From: Eledone cirrhosa
Lineage: Eukaryota
DNA: 64,000 nucleotides
Reading direction: 5' to 3'
Assembly (NCBI GenBank): GCA_964016885.1
Contig: OZ024741.1
Coordinates: 108,686,001-108,750,000 of the forward strand
Positions 55,700-64,000 of this stretch are shown one piece after another. How positions within the stretch are numbered: position 1 is the first letter of the stretch; each line of letters begins with the position of its first letter. The notes beneath the pieces are model-generated. The model searched no databases. It was not told the DNA's origin and saw only the letters and a list, made by a program, of their open reading frames with translations. Position numbers and translations under genes: made by a program.

Positions 55700-56092
55700 T
55701 AAATGAAGTAATTCCGTCGGAAAAGTCCAGGAAAAAAGAGTGCTCTATGTAGGTAACAGAGCTTAATAGTTATGTAATAAACAACATAAGGCAATTATTC
55801 CATTTACCAGTGGTTACTTAAAAGCAAAAGATTTTGCTTTCAACCCTCAGAATGAAAAAATCCTGGTCTGTTTATTGAATTTGGATTTTAAAAGACCTTT
55901 TTAAAATCGTTTTTTAAAATCCAAATTCAATAAACAGACCAGGATTTAAAAAAAAAAACGTTTTTTAAAATCCAAATTCAATAAACAGTCTAGGAATTTT
56001 TCATTCTGAGGATTGAAAGCAAAATGTTTTGCTTTTAAGAAACCACTGGTGAATGGAATAATTGCCTTATGTTGTTTATTACATAACTATAT
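55700..56092. mobile_element. Palindromic PLE-tail insertion with long-stem-II HHR and an extra internal partial copy
   Basis: Arms ~55767-55893 and ~55963-56090; TCATT-CTGAGGA-TTGAAAGCAAAA tg TTTTGCTTTTAA-GAAA-CCACTGGT-AATGG at ~56000-56057. Confidence 0.85.
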
Positions 56093-56118
56093 ATATATAT
56101 AAAATGAGAGAGAAAGAG

Positions 56119-56158
<40 letters not shown>

Positions 56159-56159
56159 A

Positions 56160-56228
<69 letters not shown>

Positions 56229-56333
56229 TGTGTGTGTGTGTATGTGTGTGTGTCTGTGTGTGTGTGCGTGCGTGTTTGTGATAGAGAGAGGTGGTTGCTG
56301 TGGGTAGGAGAGTGTGTTGGTATGTATATATAT

Positions 56334-56365
<32 letters not shown>

Positions 56366-56659
56366 CTCTATTTTTTTTTTTTTTTTAAAGAAATTTGGAG
56401 ATTCGTTTTGTTAAGACGTACCTTGACGAAATACCTTGACGTTTTGTTTCATGCAGACAAATAATGCCTCGAGGAAACGTGATGTTATTGCTGACACTTC
56501 ATTCAGAACATTTATAAAAAAATGTTAGATACAGATACACATACACTTACACATACACAAACACACAGACACAAACACACAGACACACAAACACCCGTAT
56601 ATATATATATATAGAGAGAGAGAGAGAATAAATAAACCGAAATTACATACATACATACT

Positions 56660-56732
<73 letters not shown>

Positions 56733-56755
56733 ATATATAAACATATATGCATATA

Positions 56756-56824
<69 letters not shown>

Positions 56825-57589
56825 GTGACTGCAGTTGTGTGTGCTTGTGTGTGTATGTTTATATATTTATGCAGAAACCGAGTGAAAGTGTGAAATATCT
56901 GTTCGTATTTGTATGCAAGAGTTCGTGTTTGTGTTTACGTGAATAGACGAATGATAACGAGAATGACTAAAAGACACAAAGAGACTATCTATGTTTACAT
57001 ACACATAACACCTCTCTTCCGTTGTCCGCATCCTATTGTTTCACATCACACATCAGTATAGTTATTTCAAAGAAAGTCTATCCTATTGATCAAAGCTTCC
57101 TATCTGTACCACTATGACGACCACCAACGGTGTTGTTAAACAATATTAATTTGAAATCCTTTCGTAAGATATGCTGTCAATACTGAACAACAGTCACATC
57201 TCACACAGCGCACACAAACTCATATACTCACACGCACGCCCATACATATTCCTGATTATTTCATACGAATGAACCAGTTCTATTCGTGTAGAAGCCATTT
57301 CGTTATAAAATAAATGTTTCTCCTTACTGGCGTATTCTGCACCTTATTAATTTGTGGTTAACCCATCCTATAATGTGGACGAACCCGCGAATAAATATAG
57401 TTTAATAATATGATAATAGCGAATTAGAGTTTAATTATATTCCGTATTATGGTCATGTCATGAGCCTTCTTGATCCGGAGTTTGCACTGAGTTTCAGAAT
57501 GTTTGGTATGTTTATCATGCAAATATATAGGTAAAGCTCCAGAATAACAAGCCACATCACTTAACTACATTGAAATAGACTATACATTT

Positions 57590-58010
57590 ATATATAGTTG
57601 TACTTTGGGAGGATAATGCTGCCAATAAAAACACACGCACTTGTTTGTGTTCAATTCAAATTCTTATAAATTTCCGGTTGGTTCAGGAACCGGATGGTTG
57701 TCAAGGCTCTTTCGGCACACGTTTTATGACCTCCTCAGTGACTGATTTCCGAATTGTGTCTCTCCTTTTTTCTGTCCTACACCATCTTGTTTTGTGTGTT
57801 GTGTGATGTGTGCTGTGTGCTTGGTTTACGCATGTATTACATCCGGCTGTGTGTTTTATTTATTAATTAATTTATGTGTTTATTTATGTGTTTATTAGTT
57901 TGGCCTTTGTGCGTTTCTGTGTGTCTTCCTTTTGTCCTTAATTACTAGTTGAATTACAAGTTTTCAGAAAAGAAATCTTGCCAAACAGATTAAAAAACGA
58001 AATATATATA
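57590..58010 (-). mobile_element. PLE tail (8965-family) with short opposite-sense distal tail
   Basis: Homologous to 9025-9420 including HHR at ~57700-57742; 57962-58005 is the 8965-9010 segment reversed. Confidence 0.8.
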
Positions 58011-58014
58011 CAGA

Positions 58015-58049
<35 letters not shown>

Positions 58050-58057
58050 AGAGAGTA

Positions 58058-58281
58058 AGAACCCCCTTCGGTCACAAATGACGATGGGGCTTGCCTCTAG
58101 AAAATTCCCTATCGAGTTACAAGCCTGGGCAAGGTTGTTTCTTGGAGAGTAGCAGTTGCTCATGCATATCATGTTTCTCTCTCCAAGTCACCAATCATGT
58201 TCAAGGGAAAGGCAAAGGCTGATGCAGTTTCGCACCAGTGACATCATAACTATTCCTACAGCTGAGTAAATTGAAGCAATT
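58058..58281 (-). mobile_element. SINE 3' part
   Basis: Reverse complement similar to 22305-22525. Confidence 0.7.
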
Positions 58282-58294
58282 GTACACACACACA

Positions 58295-58351
<57 letters not shown>

Positions 58352-58364
58352 GTATATATATATA

Positions 58365-58552
58365 TAAATTAATAAAAACAATGAAATAAAAACAAAGAAC
58401 AAGTTCCTTATATTAAAAAAATCATCATTTTACGATCGTTTCTGGGATGTATATGTGTGTTGGTATGTATATCATATAGATCTAAGTAAAAATATTACAA
58501 ATTATCAGAGGAAATATACATACCTTCACATATACATGCCGTCCTCAGAAAA
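58365..58552 (-). mobile_element. Single PLE tail with extended-stem-II HHR, 61246-family
   Basis: Aligns to 61246-61434; minus CTGAGGA..GAAACGATCGTA. Confidence 0.82.
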
Positions 58553-58879
58553 GATGAGATGTGTATATATATATATATATATACGCATACATACACTCAC
58601 ATACAGACACACGCGCGCGCGTGTGAATGTGTGTGGGGTATGTGTCAGTGTGTGTGTGTGTAGTGAAAGTGTGTGTGTGTGTGACAATGTGTGTGTGTAT
58701 GTGTATGCGTCTGTGTGAGAGTGTGTGTGTGTGTATGTGTATGCGTCTGTGTGAGAGTGTGTGTATGTGTATGTGTGTATGTGTATGTGTATATATATAT
58801 ATATAGGAAAAGAGTCAGGACCCGACGGGAAAACTCCGGCCGTTTCGACAGCTAGGTCTGAACTCTCTTTCTATATATA

Positions 58880-59350
58880 TATTGTTATATTTGGGAAGGG
58901 TCATGTTGTCCTCATATCGCCTAAAATAGTAAAACACTCACTGTTTGGTTTGGTTTTCGTTTCCGTATATTTTTATAAATAATTTAGCTGGTAATCAATT
59001 TTTATTATCTTAACTGTTGTTCAATCAATGATATACATTGATTGCCAGCTAAATTATTTATAAAATTATATTGCAGCGAAAACCAACTTCTTTGGCAACA
59101 TTAGGACAATATGACACTCCCCAAATATAACAATATCTGTTTCAACACACGATTTCATATAAAAAATATTGCAAACCACGCACACGCACCACACCAACTC
59201 ACACACACAAACACACACACACATGTGTATATATATATATATATATATAACATGGTAGACGTTATCAAAATAAATTAAAAACACAATAACTGAAAAACAA
59301 AAACAAAAACCAGTCTGTCAGTTTTTATTCAAACACAAAGGAGTATTATA
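58880..59350. mobile_element. Head-to-head PLE-tail insertion related to the 8965-family
   Basis: ~58881-58999 inverted at ~59037-59137; 59087-59350 recurs at ~60385-60740. Confidence 0.72.
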
Positions 59351-59359
59351 TATATATAT

Positions 59360-59657
59360 TTGGACTCAACTCACCTCCCCAATTTCTGTAATACCCCGTC
59401 CATTATCACACCCCTAGATTCCTATCGCTTTCTCTTGATCATTAGCAGCTTCTCTTACAACTAATACAAGCCGACTATATATGCTCACTCCACTGTTCCC
59501 TTCACTGCTCTGTATACACACACACACACCCTTACATTAACATACTTTTACTCATAGCTTCGTACTTACATGCACACATACTCATTTACTCACATATACA
59601 CACACATTTCTTCTTAGCTTCGTACGGACGTATAATAACACACACACACACACACAT

Positions 59658-59723
<66 letters not shown>

Positions 59724-60109
59724 CACCACCACCACACACACACACACAAAACATGCTTACGCACGTGCTCAAGTATAGCTCTTTTTACAAAACGTTTTTT
59801 TTTTCCATTTCAGGTAGACGTGCTCCATCATCTACTTTTCTAAAAAACAAATCATACACAAAACGCCAGCACCAAGAGTTTCGCAAGAGATGTCAACATG
59901 AATGGACCTGTTATTTTTATCTAAAGACATTTTTTCCAATTCCATCCCGCCCGTCCCCTCAATCTATCTTATTTCTCATTCTTTCTTCTAATGAGAGGAC
60001 TAGCATCCGAACCGTTAAGACCCTCTTCCTGCTATATCAAGCGTTAACTTAATATATCCCTTCCATATACTGTACCAATTGTGTTGTTATTTCTGTTTAC
60101 CTTTTACAT

Positions 60110-60110
<1 letters not shown>
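59360..60110 (+). mobile_element. Neptune-like PLE 3' UTR/tail with decayed HHR
   Basis: Homologous to ~32030-32700; CTAATGAGAGGACTAGCATCCGAACCGTT at ~59988. Confidence 0.6.
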
Positions 60111-60174
<64 letters not shown>

Positions 60175-60231
60175 TGGTTTTATAAATATAGTTTCCATTT
60201 ATTAATATCGTATATATATATATATATATAT

Positions 60232-60341
60232 ATTTCGTTTCTGAATTTGTTTAGCAAGATTCTTTATCTGAAATCGTGTGTTGAAACTGAAAGCAACTGG
60301 TGCGTGTGTTTCTTATTGGCAACATGACCCTCCCAAAGTAT

Positions 60342-60348
<7 letters not shown>
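60232..60348. mobile_element. Minimal 115-bp head-to-head tail insertion, 8965-family
   Basis: 60234-60287 matches 8965-9020; 60288-60348 is the reverse complement of ~9025-9083; (TA)n on both sides. Confidence 0.85.
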
Positions 60349-60382
<34 letters not shown>

Positions 60383-60472
60383 TACACTTCTTTGGCAATA
60401 TTAGACCATGACACTCCCCAAATGTAACAATATCCGTTTCAACACACGATTTCATATAAAAAATCTTGTAAA

Positions 60473-60620
<148 letters not shown>

Positions 60621-60734
60621 GTATATATATAAATATATATATAACATGGTAGACGTTATCAAAATAAATTTAAAGAAACAATACATAGCTCCCTAACCAG
60701 TCTGTCAGTTTTTTATTCAAACATAAAGGAGTAT

Positions 60735-60765
<31 letters not shown>

Positions 60766-60951
60766 AGACAGTTGAAAGTTGCAAACGTGACTGTCACCAC
60801 TGAATATGAACCTGAAGATTGCAAAAGCATGAAAGTACTTGTTCAATTAACACTTAACATTTAATATTCTACCATACTATTTCATTATAATATCATTATA
60901 ATTTTAAAGGATTGTAAATAAAACGAGTAAATCAGACGAAGTTTGAATTCC

Positions 60952-60994
<43 letters not shown>

Positions 60995-61034
60995 TGGGTG
61001 TGTGTATGTGTGCGTGTGAGTGTGTGTACATATT

Positions 61035-61202
61035 TTTAATAAATAAGAGAGACTGTTTTATTCGTATATACTACGAATAAAACCGTCTCTCTTATTTATC
61101 ATATTAAATCTGAGGGTAATACCTCACAGAGAAAATCCTAAGGAATACAATCCGATGAGTACTTCACGTCTGTTTTTGAGCAACCAACTTTCAAAAACTG
61201 AA

Positions 61203-61210
<8 letters not shown>
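61035..61210. mobile_element. Short palindromic PLE-tail insertion
   Basis: ATAAATAAGAGAGACTGTTTTATTCGTA inverted around ~61068, with a longer right tail to (TA)n. Confidence 0.65.
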
Positions 61211-61245
<35 letters not shown>

Positions 61246-61249
<4 letters not shown>

Positions 61250-61733
61250 TAATAAAAACAATGAATAAAAACAAAGAAATAGTTCCTTATATTAAAAAAT
61301 GTATCATTTTACGATCGTTTCTAGGATATATATGTGTGTGTTGGTATGTATATCATATAGTTCTATGTACAAATTTTACAAACTATCAGAGGAAATATAC
61401 ATACCTACACATATATATGCTGTCTTCAGAAATAATATTTCTGAAGACAGCATATATATGTGTAGGTATGTATATTTCCTCTGATAGTTTGTAAAATTTT
61501 TAGATAGATCTATATGATATACATACCAACCCACATATATATCGTAGAAACGATCGTAAAATTATGATTTTTTTTAATATAAGGAACTGCTTCTTTGTTT
61601 TTATTCATCATTTTTATTAATTTATCTTGACTCTGTCTTCCTGTGATTTTCATCGAAAACATATTTGAATACATCTTCTCTTTTCATGATATTTGGATTA
61701 CATTGAGTTCTTTATACTTTGGTATATTTTTCT

Positions 61734-61742
<9 letters not shown>
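61246..61742. mobile_element. Palindromic PLE-tail insertion; HHR with ~100-nt stem II on both strands
   Basis: Arms 61246-61434 and 61437-61624; CTGAAGA 61441-61447, GAAA-CGATCG-TA 61547-61558. Confidence 0.88.
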
Positions 61743-61776
<34 letters not shown>

Positions 61777-62214
61777 AAGATTTACATATACACAAACTAT
61801 ACAAAGTCACAGATATATATGTTTGGGCAACCATTCACGATGTGGCTCAATGGTGAATTAATAAATTAAATAATCAGAGCAATATACTATAAAGTATGTC
61901 CATAGAATCATTTGATAATATATATACACCATTCCCTCTCCCAAATTTGTTCTTCTAACTTTAATTTTATACCTAATTGTGAATGTTTGACGGTATATTT
62001 AATCGATTTCCACGTGCTATTGAAATGTTGGGTAAATATTCTATAGTGGTTGGTCGCGAATAGACTGCTGTCGTTTATTTATCCACTATTTCTTCATAGG
62101 TGCCTTTTAATCTTATAGCCTGGTTTAATTGATTTTTTGTGTGATTGATTATGCTAATTGGGAGAGGAAATGGTGTATATATATTATCATATGATTCTAT
62201 GGACATACTTTATA

Positions 62215-62332
<118 letters not shown>

Positions 62333-62788
62333 ATATATATATATATGTATGTATATGTAGATATAGATGGATGTATATATATATGTGTGTATGTGTGTGT
62401 GTAAACTGGACTTTCGCAAATATGGAAATGTTTGCATGCGCCGGATCAACTTACCCAAATATCTCCACATAATTCTGTTAGCAGCTGATGATTTAACACC
62501 GGTGCTAGTTGCTGTTGTAAGTATTACATAACGAATGTTCACTGGTGTCATTGAAATATATGTTATGCAATAAATAAGATTATGTAACAATAACACCCGT
62601 CTTAATGTTATTTCGTACATCTATATTTATAGACATCTCTTTCTCTCTATATATATATTTGTGTGTGTGTGTGTGCATGTTTGTGTGTGTGTATATGCTT
62701 AGGTGAAAGAGTATGTGCGTGCTAGTGCGTGTGTGTATATATAAATATATACACACACACGCACTAGCACGCACATACTCATTCACCT

Positions 62789-62837
<49 letters not shown>

Positions 62838-62849
62838 TATACAAATATG

Positions 62850-62917
<68 letters not shown>

Positions 62918-62923
<6 letters not shown>

Positions 62924-63337
62924 TAAATAAAAGTCAAATGATTAAAATTTAGCTTCGTTTATTACTGCTATATATATTTCAGTGACAGCCATCTTTGGCT
63001 GTGACCTCTTCAGGCAGTTTGAATTAGTATGGTATAGACAAGTACATATGTTGTTTAGGTGTATGATATTGTCAATACTCTGACAATATCATACACCTAA
63101 ACAACATATGTACTTGTCTATACCATACTAATTCAAACTGCCTAAAGAGGTCACAGCCAAAGATGGCTGTCACTGAAATATATATAGCAGTAATAAACGA
63201 AGCTAAATTTTAATCATTTGACTTTTATTTAACTTTATTTTACACTACTCCGGAGTAACCAAACCAACCTGCGCACTTCGTCGAGTGCTCCAGCCTGCAT
63301 ACTGAGGTGTTGGTATACAACCAACATAAACTCAAAA

Positions 63338-63342
<5 letters not shown>
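62918..63342. mobile_element. Palindromic PLE-tail insertion with HHR on both strands
   Basis: Arms 62918-63074 and 63081-63237; ACTGC-CTGAAGA-GGTCACAGCC..GGCTGTCACT-GAAA-TATATATA-GCAGT at 62964-63018 (-); plus copy reads CTAAAGA. Confidence 0.9.
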
Positions 63343-63409
<67 letters not shown>

Positions 63410-63685
63410 TGTGTGTGTGTGTGTGTGTGTGTGTATGGGTGTGTGTGTGTGAGTGTGTGGGTGTATACGTACAATTGCATTTGTACGCCTATCTATGTGT
63501 CAAAGAAAGCATCCTGCAAAGAATATTTTAAAACGCTAAGTCTTGATTGATTTCTGAAAGAAAAACTTAAAGCCGTTAAACATCACTCCCTGAAACCAAA
63601 ACTTTACAAAAAATATTATAAAAAAGTGATATAAAGTGTTGGATATAAGGATATAAGGATATAGACCATGTGTAACTACAGTGAC

Positions 63686-63710
<25 letters not shown>

Positions 63711-63717
<7 letters not shown>

Positions 63718-63922
63718 TAACAGATTAAAATTTAAGCAAAGAATCGCTGCTTTCACCCTTAACGGGATCTTCTGAAACTTAATGGTGAAAGCAGCGATTC
63801 TTTGCTTAATCTTTAATCTGTTATTTTAATAAATATTTGCTCTACGGTTCTTATATATTTGATATATATTTATCCTTATTGAGCCCTCTTTGGATTTTAG
63901 TCTTCTAATTTATTACTATTAC

Positions 63923-63930
<8 letters not shown>
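63711..63930. mobile_element. Palindromic PLE-tail insertion, same family as 37503-37645
   Basis: 63711-63757 inverted at 63784-63830; minus CAGAAGA-TCCC gttaa GGGT-GAAA. Confidence 0.78.
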
Positions 63931-63972
<42 letters not shown>

Positions 63973-64000
63973 ATGATATTAAATAAATGTAAACTGTATT

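Overview
AT-rich eukaryotic, transposon- and microsatellite-dominated DNA with no host protein-coding gene that I can recognise. The SINE types and (TA)n/(CA)n/(GA)n density suggest an octopus or other cephalopod genome (inference). Contents: a Helitron RepHel remnant; several Penelope-like elements (PLEs), including a near-complete Neptune-type copy at 3.3-7.9 kb and Hydra-type GIY-YIG remnants; two L1/Tx1-type LINEs, one near full-length inside a ~70-bp satellite; three R4/Dong-type LINE fragments; a Chapaev3-like DNA transposon; and many tRNA-derived SINEs. The most striking pattern is more than 15 short insertions bounded by (TA)n tracts and built head-to-head (palindromic) from PLE 3' tails carrying type I hammerhead ribozyme (HHR) motifs. 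These include U3-A8 core variants and a form with a ~100-nt stem II showing covariation. There are also several non-coding 297-557 nt units repeated 1.2-1.7 times, as if copied from circular templates (retrozyme-like). All alignments and folds were read by eye and coordinates are approximate to a few bases.
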